Assembly: GCA_040954595.2 (NCBI GenBank)
Contig: CM082588.2
Location: 4,962,156 to 5,026,155 of the forward strand
Reading direction: 5' to 3'
Origin: Balanoglossus misakiensis
Taxonomy: Eukaryota > Animalia > Hemichordata
DNA: 64,000 nucleotides
Below are positions 8,033-21,100 of this stretch, in pieces. Each line of letters starts with the position of its first letter. Position 1 is the first letter of the stretch. A model generated the notes under the pieces. The model saw only the letters and a list, made by a program, of their open reading frames with translations. It did no database searches and was not told where the DNA came from. The position numbers and the translations under genes are program-made.

Positions 8033-10237
8033 ACATTATCAGTTATAAGCACAAAGGGTCCAGTGGTCCGAAATATACCATTATACCGAGCCACGAACAA
8101 AAATATAATGCAACTATAGTCAAAAATGCAAATATTCCTTGAAATTTTAAGCAAGGGGTTTCTTGTCAATTCAATTAAGTGTATCAATGGCAGGGATACA
8201 GTTGCCTTTCCCGAGTAAACATGGCAACCTAGCCAGAGGGCATATTCAAATCCACAGTTTCGCTATCCGATTCAATCCTCTACGGAAAAATACCCTGTTC
8301 TTGATGGTGATGAAGTCGGCGAGATGCTTCCAATCTCGGCCTTGACTTGTCATCTACAATTGTCTACACTCAGACTTGCGCACTCTTTACACCTGAAGGA
8401 GAACGGGCATCGTGCACGAAATTCCAATCAAACTGCGCAGCCAATATTGCAAGGGACAATGCTGTCACACATCAAATTGGTGATGCCTTAGAATACCTGG
8501 GGGAAGCCGTTTTATTAGTCCAGGCAGAATCAAATGGAAATGTTGCCTTTGGAGGATCAAACGATTCTGGGTATATACCTGTATCAGTGATCGCATTCGG
8601 TATCAGGTTGAGTAAAAAGGGCGCCCTCTGAAGGTTACCCACGCGAAGATGAGACTCAGCCAAAACACCTTCACACGTGTAAGCTAATAACTATGGTTTA
8701 AACAACTTCAGATGGACAAGGTCTGATATATGCCAATGGAAATAGTCTAGAAATGCATGAAAACGCACATGACATTCATCCAGTACGAATAGAGCAAAGA
8801 CTATAATAGCATACACTAAGCACTGTTCGTGCACGTGACATCAAGACAACGATTTTGATCATTTACGGTCGAAACGTGCAAAATCATATTTATTTGCATC
8901 TTACTGATGAGAAGTGCCCTCTTTAGACCGTACGCGTCCGTGTCCAGAATACGTATTATATACAAGGTTGATGAAAACCTCGAAAATGACTCCACTTGAT
9001 CGCATAAATTGCCGTTTGCTTTTGAGAGAAATTTGATGATCAAAATCTATTCATGCACTGACACGGACGGTGTTGCATTTATCATTTTACCCTTAAGAAT
9101 TCTTCACAGAATTTCTCTTCCTGTACGTGACGGCATTAACACTACACAAGAATCGACAGCGCTAAATGGCTGTCAATTTTGCGGTTGACTTAACAAGTAA
9201 CTTTAGAGATGCACTGTTAAATTGCACAACACTCGCGATATTATCAGTTTCTGTATTGTTGCTACTTTTTACCTGAACATCTGATGGAGAGTGCGAGGAA
9301 ATGCCAGCTTTCCGCGTTTATTTAGTGGCCTAGAAAGTCTAAGGATATCAATTTCTTTTGCTTTCAGTATACATGTCGATGTACTTTTACATTTTTCTGC
9401 TGAGTCTAATTAAGCTGGATAGGTACAATGTTTTCTTTCACGCATTGATTTCCGCGTTTTTTTTATCTTTACACAAGCAACGATATTAATTGAAAGTGAA
9501 TGCGTTAGTTTTATTGGGAATATCCGGTGAATGTTCCGGCCCGTTAAGGATCATTTGGGATACGTTGCTATGGTTACCGACATGTAAACATTCAATTAGC
9601 CACACTGCATATTCAGACGGAGCGAAAGTTTCCGTCTAACCACTGACAAAAAAATGAGCCAATTTCCTTGCAATGTTAATCCTACAACAAATGATAATAT
9701 TATCCTTCTCTCAAAGGCCGCCGATCTGAAATTCAAAGACCCGACCACTAGCGGGGAATTTTCTAAAATAGTATTTTTTAATGTCTATGCTAAATTGATT
9801 TTGGCGAGGAAATAACCAAGAGGTATTTAAGATATCTTGAATTCACGGTCCATGCACCCACTGATTTTGAATTAAAAATTGCTTTGACGACCATTTAATT
9901 TGATAAACTGTTCTCCTCGGCCATTTCACCGCCTCCCCAGAAAAATCTACCGTCGTTTCCTTGAGCAAAGTATACTAGTATACACGAGGATTTCAAACTT
10001 TGATCAATTTAATTTTTCATACAGTAGTCTGCCTGTAAGCATTCCGTGGGATACACGAAATGCCTATACTATGTATGCACACGTTTACAAACTTTAGGAT
10101 GGTGATTGACAGTGTGGTCCATACTGTCTTCGAGTCCGTCTTTCAGACCATGTCTACGTCAAGCTTCAGCAGCTTGTCGTCGGAGTCTAATTGCTGCGGG
10201 GAAAGTTGAACCGGCTCATGAATCTTAATAGTCGTTC

Positions 10238-10433
10238 AGACTATATTCCGTTTCCGAACGAGGAACCCCCGCGTGTTTTTATCTTTATGGCCCAGGTACG
10301 TATTTCGGCGCCCAAGGCCGTGCGGTTGGACGGCCCGAGCCGTTAGGAGAGCCCTTCTTCCACCGCACAACCGAGGGCCCAAAAAAACGTACTGAGGCCG
10401 TAATGTTTTATCATACACCTTGTGGAATAGTCT
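10238..10433. mobile_element. Imperfect fold-back (hairpin) element, MITE-like
   Basis: Arm 10285-10330 (ttatggcccaggtacgtatttcggcgcccaaggccgtgcggttgga) is an imperfect reverse complement of 10359-10403. Outer agacta..ttcc / ggaatagtct ends also pair. Confidence 0.55.
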
Positions 10434-11659
10434 AATATAATTTTAACTGATGCGAAGTCATAACCATAAAACAAGTGAACGATAGAAGTTTTATCGCGCT
10501 TGGATCGGTTATTCATAAAAGAAAAGTCCACAAATATTTCTCTGCTTCTTGCAGAGACCTCATTTGTCTATCGCTATTAACGTCGCGTATATAGTTAAAA
10601 CATTTGCGTTAAGCACACGGAGGTAATCACCACCTCCATGTGTTCAAGAAGCGCGATTATATACTCAAAAAAGTATTACTCAATGAAGATATGGGAATGG
10701 CGTTACGTTGGCCTAGTTGGGCCTTCACATGGTCATATGCGGTTTGTGCATGGGTAACCGGAGACAAAATTTGAGTCTGTCCAAATTCAGGTACCAGTGT
10801 AGTGCGGACGAAGTGGTCCAAATCTATTCCCCTGGGGACAATTTTAGTGGGATTGACGAATGTGTACAACGCTATAGTGATATAGAATAAGCGCTGCTGC
10901 AGTTGCCTATTGTCAGCCGACATTCCAAATCCAGCAGTCAACAATACGAGCACTTGTTGCGTAAAACACGAGACTCTTCAGCCAAGTAGCAGAGGATATA
11001 AATACTATTTTCCTGGACATTTCTTCCCGATGTACTTGAATGTATGCTCTGCCCTAAATACGTCTGAATGGGCATTATCTATATATCACGACTGAGTGGG
11101 AGATTACAAAATGTCGTGCAGAAAATCGCGTATATCAAAATAGCCATGACATGGGCGCAACAACATCACAACGTCGCCTGTAGTAAAGTTAATCCTCGCC
11201 AACAGCAAAAGGCGCAAGCATTTACGATGGATAATTTTGAACTTAAGAGGGAAGTAACTTATAAGCAGTCAGATACGACTGATGACATTTGCTTTATGAG
11301 AAAATGGAAAGGAAAATCGTAACGATTGTGCCACCGTGATTAATAAAACCTATGACTTCTAATGCCTTGTAAATGTACATGTAGTGCTCATGATATACGA
11401 ATTTCCACAAAAAGCATTACCTGTTTTATTTTGTGCATGTCATCACTGAATCCAATCTTTTATTTTAGTGAGTATGTACTGCCCAGGATATATACGAAAT
11501 GGGCAGAGGTATCCTTTCCACCACATTTCACTGTACGCGAAAAATATAACTGACGTTGTTGACGGGAGCAGTTTTCTCAGCTGGGTACTCCCGGAAGTTA
11601 CAACACTACGCGTGCGCGGAGACTCTTTGTTCTCCTGGCGGCCATCTTTCTTTGAAATC

Positions 11660-12227
11660 TGTACGCTGGGCCCGGCTCGACCTTTGGTTGAGGTTGCGTT
11701 TCTACATCGCGCACGGTTTCGAAGCACCTTGTTGACGTACTATCGAACATTCCTAATTAATAGAATAACCCTTAATTTAAATGTTTCATTAAAATGTGAC
11801 AGAAAACTGGTACTTACAGTACAGACTGTGCACAATGGTGGTTGCAGGCCAGGAGAAGAGGCATCCTCGAGTTTCGTCGTCACTTTCCATAACCGGTGGT
11901 TTATGTACATAATCCTAAATGAAGCTACCACAATCCTGGTAAATCCAGTCCATATCGTCCCAGTAATGTCCTCCACTTTCAATTGGTTGTCACAAATTGG
12001 CCTGAGGGTGATGAACAGGGCGTTGTTGTCACTACATTCAGACATGGTGTTTATACGTCAAAGACTGAGCATCGAATGATGGAAGTGGCACCTCACTGAC
12101 CATCCGGACAAATGAACTGACTGCGTCATTCACCAGGTGCATTTTGTGAGGCTTGTGATTGGTTGATGTGATTGAGAAGTTGTTTAGCATACCGAGACCC
12201 CAGATGGTGTTTTCATACTACGTGTTG
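11660..12227 (-). mobile_element. Dispersed repeat family copy A (about 570 bp)
   Basis: Aligns by eye with 25490-25985 and 46725-47298; shared blocks include ctggtacttacagt, catatcgtc, agggtgatgaacagg, cacctcactgaccatc and tgattggttgatgt. Confidence 0.8.
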
Positions 12228-15200
12228 ACTGGACAAGGCGTGATATCCCGATCAAGATAAAATGAACCGCTAGGATTCCAATGCATTTATTAAATTGTGA
12301 GGCTCCTTTACTGAAAAACTCTGTTGGTCAGCCTTGGAAGCATAACAAAACTACCAACCATGATAAAAAACAGCGCTCACACAGGACAAAACCTCTGCAT
12401 AGAGGCACCACACTAACTCACTGTGTGCGTGCTTTATTAGCCACTGCCATGGAAACGAAGCTTATTTGTACAATGCGTTACTTTTCAAGATGGCGTGCAC
12501 AGGAAACTTCAATGTCAAACGTTTCTCCTTCATTCTGTCCATTACGAGGGCGGCAATCTGTAACCCCCCTGTTGCAATTATTAGACGGTGTACGTCCGCG
12601 ACATGTATGTATGTACAGCTGGTGCGTGGATTGCATTCGACACGCATTGAAGTCTGGACGTGAATTCAGTTGTCGATCGCCACACTTCAAGCTTGCCAAT
12701 GCAAATACCCATGCTTGCGTGCAACAACTTGAATGCTTGGCATTCAAATCCTATTCAGGGAACAGATTCTTTGAGAGCCCCGTCAGTGTTAACGTCAACC
12801 ATGTTGATTTGCAATTAAGAAAAGTAACAGATTGGGTGCTGTGTGAATAAACTCGGAATAAAGCAGGTCAAAATTAGATGCTTTTTATAGTATAAGGAGA
12901 AAATTACCCTTGCAGGTTCATTAAATTAGAAGTGGGCTTATTGAAGTGGGAGCCATTTGTTATTAGAGGCATGCCTTCGCTTCGTCGTAAATGCATTCAG
13001 ATGGTGAAATATATTGTCATTGGGGAATTTGGTATTCTATTTATATTTAGACAGTGCATATACCAATGCATAGTCTTGATTTAATCTGCATATTAAACTT
13101 TCTTTCATCATCCACACGTAACATATGGCTTAGAGGTCCTGGGAACCACGTGCCAGTTTTGCTTTCTACTGATTCCCATCCGTTCAATACCTGTCATCGG
13201 TTGGGGCGGACGTTATTGGCCACAAACAGATATTGTGTATTTTTAATACTGAAATGCAGTAAGTCTTGTAACAAAGGTGTCACATATTACAGTTTGCAAA
13301 GAACAAGCTCTATTCATTCGATATTTTGAACGTGCTTGCAGCTCAAATATCAAGTTACAGTATGCCTATTTCCAGTTGCCCTTTTGACAGAAATCGTGCT
13401 TTTTTGAAAAGGGAAACGACATAAAGATGGAAAATTAGTCGGCATATTAGATATCACCTTGGTTATTATCATACACATATGAGGAAATATCATTCTTTCT
13501 TTATTCCGCAGTGGGAAAAATGAGTTTTCTTAGCCGTATCTTCATTCGAAATGACATAAAAATTGGCCGACTTACAGATATTACCCCCTTCGCACAATGC
13601 ACATGTACATGTATATGTGTTATCAGCCATTGGCAATGTTTCCGCATTATTCCCTACTCTGGATTAAGTCCAGGCGAGCGCTAACAATGTTTTCCTGTTT
13701 GCTACAACATCAAACATTGCACCGACATCGGGAGGCTAATGAGACATCGTGCGAAATAAGACACCGAAAGGGTTTTTTACAAGACGGCATTAAAACTAAC
13801 GCTTAAATGGAGTCGAATAAAAGCGTAAGACCAGTTGCTATGCATATTTGGACTACTAACACACTAAGTCGAACGTGAACACGCGTTCGCATTAAACTTG
13901 ATTCAATCTCCTAATTGATTCTATACAATGCACGAAGCTTTCATTCTATTTAAACATTTGTTAGGCAATGAGTTCATTAGGTGTGGCGTTATAAGAAGGC
14001 CCAGGCGAGGATATTCCGGAAATGACCAAATGTATACGTTTTACTGACAGCAAATAGTCGAATTGCTCACCTGGCCCAGTTTGATTGCATTCTGTAACAC
14101 ATTTCGACGTTAACACACAAGATTGGGGTTAGACGTTTTTGTGTCGACGTCATCTGTCATGGTACAGTATACCGAATGCTGGGGTTCCTGAAAACGTTGC
14201 GCTATCGCCCTTTTCATTTCTAGTTTTCAATAACCAAAGGAGGTGGAAGGCTGCAATAAGCTGTGTTTAGTTAGATTTGCCGATAGCATTTGGTGTACCC
14301 TGGAAGAAAGATTCTCTGTATGAATTTGTGAAGTGTACTTAGCCGTTAAAGTCTATCCAAAATTGCATTCTTTTGCTGGAATGTGCTGCAGGCGAATCTC
14401 CGTTGCAAAATGATTGGTATACACATATTTTTCCATCTCGTTCATCGTGTAATTGAAATAATATGGTGAAGTGTTTTTGAAATTTAATGCTTATCGTCTA
14501 TTTAAATATTTCATAATTATGTCGCCTACAAATTTACAATGTAATAAAAGAGTGTAGTACAACTGGAATTATTTTCACCTGATATAATTGCGTACAAAAT
14601 TGTGTAAAACGACCAGTATTTGAGGAGAATGTCGTCATTTCGCTATCTTTTGAACAACATATCATGACAAAAACAGCAGGTAATTTGCTGAGCTCTTTAT
14701 ACACATTGTACATGTATAATTATCCAAAATTGTTTTCAATCGTGTAAGTTGCAGAGTAATGCAAAACACAGAAAAAAAGTTTTTCATAAAATTGAGGATG
14801 CTTTGCTTTCTTTTTCCACGAGACAGGAATGCATGAGTCACGCCCTCCCTCGTGCCTTGTCCTCCGGGCATCGGAAGCAACCAGCAGTAACCATGACGAA
14901 CCGCGCGCGTGAGGAGTTGTACTTGACATACAAGTACATAGTTCACGCGTACTGTACATGAACTGCTGAAATACTGAGGACATTTTTTGATTGATCGAAT
15001 AAGACATTCCGCGTATGTCAGCTTCCTGCCAAGTTATCGAGGGAAAACATGCAAGGCGGCGACATTACTTCGGTGGTGTTCGTGAGTGCCCGGCCCTCCC
15101 TCTTTTAAGATTTACCTCCAGTACTTCCACGTTTCATTGAAGGAGACTTTACAGTCACTGTCAAAGCCAATGCCATTAAACAGGGAACTCTGTAAGAGGC

Positions 15201-17643
15201 TTGCCGTGTATTAACAGAATAGGATTGTGGCCTTTACATATTCACTAATGAATAAATGTTTTTACATTTCTAGTTTACGGAAAACTTAATTAACACGATG
15301 CCACTTTTACATACATTCTGTGGTCAAGTAATCTTTTTATGGATTTAGTACGATCACAATTAACATCAATCAGTTTTTCACAGAGCACACTCTTGCATGG
15401 TACAGTCCCGTGGTACGCCCTTTGACCTCACAGCCCCAGTTGGGTTCGTTATAGACTTCATTAGACGAATCACAGTCAATAGATGCACACATACTGGAAT
15501 CAATATTTTTTACAATCTGAATAAACTTCTCACGTGTGATCTCACCTTGATTTTATTGAACCCCAGATCATTGACTGCACGGGAAGACGCTGTGTGATTT
15601 TCGAAACCTCGTTCACTTACATTCGAAATTTCAATGCACTTTATGAACACAGACCCCCTAGTACACATGGCACCAGTGATCACATGCACATGACCCTGCG
15701 TCAAAATTACATTAAGAAAATGAGTTTAAAACAGCTTGTTTTCCTCACTTTCCTTCAATGGTTACAAAGCTACGATGAAGTGATTAGCAAGTTGCCTAAA
15801 GTACAGTGAGATTATCCATTTTCACTTCGTGCGCAGTTCGCCAATTTGAATATGGCACTGAGAAAGTGCAATGTCAATTGCTTGAGTTGTTTTCTGTTGC
15901 AGGCGAAGAAAGAAACATTGGGCCTTGACAGTTTCTCAAGTCCACGGTGGCCATGACGCACACTAATAACCCCATCTAAACCTCGAGGAACAGGATGCTT
16001 ATGGAAGAAACATGTTCGTTTGCTGGGTACTACAGTATCGATAAACACCAGCGGTATAATTGCAGTACATTTTTTCTCAAGTACATTGCCATGCATTCAT
16101 ATTCACTCACTCGGCCTTGAGTATGCGAATAAAATAACACTAGTAATATTCACTCACTGGTGTTTATTGTTCCCAGTGCCATGACTTTGACGTGGCAAGG
16201 ACATATAATGACGCGACTATAAATACACGAGAATCGACAATTTGCTTTCAATTGCAAATGTCTGTCAACGCACTGCTTTTTCCAAAGCTTACATTTTCAG
16301 CCATGAAGCATCAGTTGTTGAAATTCAAATATTTTGTTGACCGTTTTGTAACTGTTGCAAATATATAACATGATTGCTAGGCCTGTAAAACGAAAAGGTA
16401 ATCCTCACTAAACCGCATAAATAGCTTAGCTTTACGAAGGGTCTTTCTCATCCCACGAGGATTCGAACCACATAAAACGGACAGAAATAACCGAATTTAT
16501 TGGTGACCTTTACTTTATGACAAAACGACAAGAAAATAATCGTGATAAACCCATCACCCAGTTTTATGGACGCCGTTGTCTTTCAGCCTAGTGTTTATGG
16601 AACGGTAGAGATCATACGAATACGAATTTCAGTTGAACACAGACTCGTCTTAAGACATTCGCCAGGTTTTGGATATACGAATTCCCCTGGGCAAATATAT
16701 GACTCGTTTCCTTTTATGTGAAGTAGTAGAATTTAGCATGGTTCAGCCAAGGGAGAAGAATTATTTTAGAAGTAAACATCTTCGACCGTCCGGAGAATAT
16801 TTAACTATACACAGAAATGGAGCCGTTTACACCCACCCGGTATATACACCGTGAATATGGCGCCATTATCCCCGACAATTATGGAAACACCGCGTGATAA
16901 GTTGATCGTTATGAAGTCAACTGTTTTCGACAGTTATGATCTCCAATTACATCCTTAAAGGAACTCATTTCCGCTCCTTCGCTTAATGAGCAGCGGCCTG
17001 ACTCAAAAAATGCGCACTAACAATGCAATTTAAAACGGCAAGTCAGTGATGTTACAAGTGAAGTCATATCTACACATGTTCGCGCTGTCAGATTACGATG
17101 ACAGTCGCTGGGAAATGCATTAATTAGCGACCAGCGGCGTAGCACCCAACGCCACAGGTTCATTTCGATTTTAAATTAATGTTTATGGATTTCATTGAGG
17201 AAACCTTCAAGTTGTTATCTTCTCTCACGGCAGATACCGTTGTTCTGTTCAGACACCGAAGAAATCAGGCACTGCAGCTATATCTGGGCACTAATCCAAT
17301 GGAATTACAACTTCTTTAATTCTAGAATTAATTACATCACTGTGGCATATTTATCCCTGACTCTGTCGCTGTGGAAGCTAAGCTTCCAGCGACCAATAAT
17401 AACAAGCCTGGAAGATTCCGCACAAGAAGACAACATCAATCGTTTCCTAATACCCAAGCAAAGAGAGGTCGCAGATGGTGAATTTGTCGCTACGAGGAGG
17501 ATGTACCGGTGATATTCTCGGTGAGCGTGTTGCGAAGAACATCGTTTTATTCTGTTTTGGTATTAACATTTTGAACTAGAAGTGTATTGTGATGAAAATA
17601 TTATTCTTGACTTTATTAGTGATTACGAGTGACACGCTTTAAG

Positions 17644-18174
17644 GTCAGGGCGACGTTTTTATTTTCTGTGTTTCTCATCTCCCGACCGACCGTAAATTTC
17701 AGCTCCGACATGAAAATAAAAAAAACTGTTTTATTTGCGCCGACTCTGAGCCTGAGGCGATCATCCTAGCAACAGCGCCCCCAACGGCTAATTGTGAGAT
17801 TTTGCAAATATGACGTCATATTCATCATGGCGGTCGTGTCGGACCATGGCTGAAGCCATCGAGGCCGGAGGAAAGGGAAGAAATTGTAGAGAATGAAAGG
17901 ACAGAGCATTAAAGTGAAAGACAAGAAATTATAGTGACTGAAAGGACAGAGAGCACAAAACACTGGACTGAAAGATAAGAAATTGCAATGACTGAACAGC
18001 CAGAACATTGAACAGAAACAAATAGGCCTACACATTTGTTTGTAATGGATAAAACATGGAACTTAAACAGGTTTTTTTTTTTTGGTACACGTTTTTTTTT
18101 TATTTCGCCCGCCCGCCCTGCCTGACTATTCCTTTGGAGATGAGAAACAAATAAAAAAAAAGGGTCACCCTCAC
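17644..18174. mobile_element. MITE-like element with terminal inverted repeats and internal degenerate tandem repeats
   Basis: Left end gtcagggcgacgtttttattttctgtgtttctcatctcc matches the reverse complement of the right end (gtgagggtgaccctttttttttatttgtttctcatctcc). Three internal aagaaatt...tgaa units of about 45-55 bp. No coding capacity. Confidence 0.7.
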
Positions 18175-21100
18175 AGCGTACCAGCGTATATATCCAATGT
18201 CCAATCACACGTAACACAGCACTGCAATATTCTTAGCCACATATGTCTCTAAACTTTTAATGAACACAGTTCGCTTGCAGTGTACACTCCACGTCGCCGG
18301 TTCGACCGCAGGGAGGGAAGTTGACTGACACTGGCATGACTTGCACAGGTGGATGATTACGAAATGACCTCTCCGTGATTGGAAAATATCCTCGATGGCG
18401 TGTGTGCGGGCATTTGTTTTATTTATACCGAAATTTCTTGTTAGCTCTACTTTGAGATGTTCCCGGATGATAAGAACTGCAACATAAACGGGATTGGACT
18501 CAGCCGACCAGATTGTTTCACCGCAGTTACCTATTCCGGCAATCGTTTTGGCCCACAATGAATGTGCCGTAAAATCTTAACAGCCGGTGTATTGATTGTG
18601 TCGTTTAAAAAGCAATTATTCGCAAAGGGAACGTTTGTCAGCGTTTTCCTATCACCTCCGAGTGAACCACGTTAGGTTTTTGCGTATGTCGACGATGTTG
18701 ACACACCCACTGCGACAACAAAATCATTTTATAAATTTGTTTTGCATGATCAAGCAACAGTATGCATTCAGGCTGAGAGAAATGGACATTTTTAATAAGA
18801 AAGAGCTTCAGCATATATCTCGATGATATGATTTGCGATTGGATTTTTAATATGCAGATTAAGCCACCAATACAACCAAGGTTTCTGATTGTCTGTCATA
18901 TTGTGTTGTATCATACTCGATGTGCCAGAATGGGACAAAATATTAATTTAACGGTGTCAAATTTGGCTAAAATTGCCAATTAAAGAATATCGTTATCTAC
19001 CCTAATATAGTGCGTCTATTTCTACTTAGTACAGTGTCGCTCATGAAATCAAAGCGTTTGACTGAAACACGTCAGGTGTTCTCCAAACGTTGACTTTTTT
19101 CTTTTCAAGACAAAATCTACCGGAAGACGCACTGACAAAGAAGTGAAAATGTCATCGATCAATAACGGTCTCCAAGACATTTAAATGATTAATTCAAACA
19201 GCGTGTGACCGCGATGAGGCATCACGTTTCAATCCATTATTGTAATTGATTGCATGGTATGTACAAAAGATTTCTTTCTATTTAAACGTTTGTCGAGCTA
19301 TATGTTCACAAGGGACACGGTGTGAAAAGGTGAAAGACGGTCTTTTTATACGAAGGCAGTCGACCGTATCCCTTTGACAGCAGAAAGTCGAGCTGCCTGG
19401 CCGAAATTAGACGGCGGTGACATTTTGAGCATGACGCATACAGGTGTAACGGGAATTCGAATCTACATGGTCAAGGTCAGATGTTTTTGTCGTCAAAGAT
19501 TATATGAATGTAGACAGGCATGTAGTTTAGCCGTACACTGTAACAAAAGCCAAGATTCGATATACTTAATCAGTCACGATCGAAATATCGGCTCAATAAG
19601 AAAGTATCACGTACGCGAACCAGAAACATATTTTTTTCTTAAATAAATGACAGTGTTATGTCCTTGTTTTCAAATGTCAAAATCACTTTACTTTAAACCG
19701 CACTCCTTGTATAAAAGGATGTCGTTGATAATACGACACTAATACTAGAATATGCCATGCATTTTGGTTTTGGAAAATGATTTTCCCCGGCGTCAGCACC
19801 TACAAGAATTTTGCTTCCCATTAGACTGCTGAACTATAATATCATCCTTTCTCCGTAAAACCGTTCCATATTAACGGCTTCGTTTCCAGAAGCCAGATAT
19901 TTTAGCACCAACAGAGAGCGCGCCCTCGCTTAGTTGTAAATCCCCCCAATTTGGCGAGAAAGGGTTCCGAACGTTTATACGACCGCATTTTGTGGGCGCG
20001 TAATACCGGAAGCCAGGCAACCAACTGTTAACAACTCTCGGTTTGTTTATCGTTAATCCCTGCCTTTTTTATAATGGCAAGTGTGAAAACGTTACTCGAG
20101 TTATGTTCATCGATAATGGGCAATAAATTTTGCAGTTTGCTCCCGTAGCGGTTCTGTATGTCCCTAACATGAACAACGATTAATATATGGGCCAATCTCT
20201 ACCTCTATGTACATTACATACTATGGTAACACACATTCGTGTGATTGCATTTTTACAGGTGTGGATGGGAATTCACTGATGAGGTTTTCGTATTAAGTCT
20301 AGCATATATGATCCGTTTCCAAGGTTTCCGACTTGCCTGAACTGAAATGTCCCCAAAGTGCAAATAAAACAACGGCAGATGTTTCCGCTGCCAAAATTCA
20401 TTAAACAAGTCAAGCGATTTCACGCCAATATTGCCACTGGCTACCGATAACGACTCGGATGTGATTATTTTGTAGCAAAGCGAGATGTGAAAGTGTTGAA
20501 ATCTCGTTTTGCCACTGACTCATAAAATTACAGGTGAACAAATATCGTCTTTTACTGGTAATTCATGCATGAAAATAAGGAAATTATGATAAGGTCAGAG
20601 GAACGAACGACAGAAGTGATACGTTTTATAATACAACTGTGTCATCGCGAAAGCACCGGATGAAAGAACAGCAGTAACATAGACAATCGAATCACATTTT
20701 ATCAAGATTTTAAATTATATAATTTAAAATTTGAGCCACACAACAAGCAAACAGTGGTTATGGGCAAGGCACCCAAAGGAACGACTGTAAAGCCAACCTG
20801 TATCTTTCAAACTTGCTCGAAGACATCGGAAATGACCCAGTTATCCTAATGACTCATCCTCCAGAAACAATTTCCGCAACGCCGCGATTTTTTATGATGC
20901 GATAACAGCAATGACCTTTAAATGATATATCGGCGTTTCACAGAAACACATATTATTTGTTCATCTATGGCTATTATACCTGTTATGGAACAAATATGAG
21001 CGGTGATTACCTGGGTGCATCGTGACCCGGATAGGATGGCGTATCTTTTACATGTCGCGCAGACCATGATGATTTTGCCACGCGTTTCGTGTATCATGGT

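Noticed and set aside
7804-8187. Poly-I, poly-M, poly-D and poly-S ORFs, and similar ones at 29068-29386, 33301-33665 and 43279-43665
   Set aside because: Produced by microsatellites that lack stop codons; no coding signal.
11468-12079. 203-aa plus-strand ORF and related ORFs at 25634 and 46902
   Set aside because: They lie in the dispersed repeat, and the frames are not maintained among the three copies.
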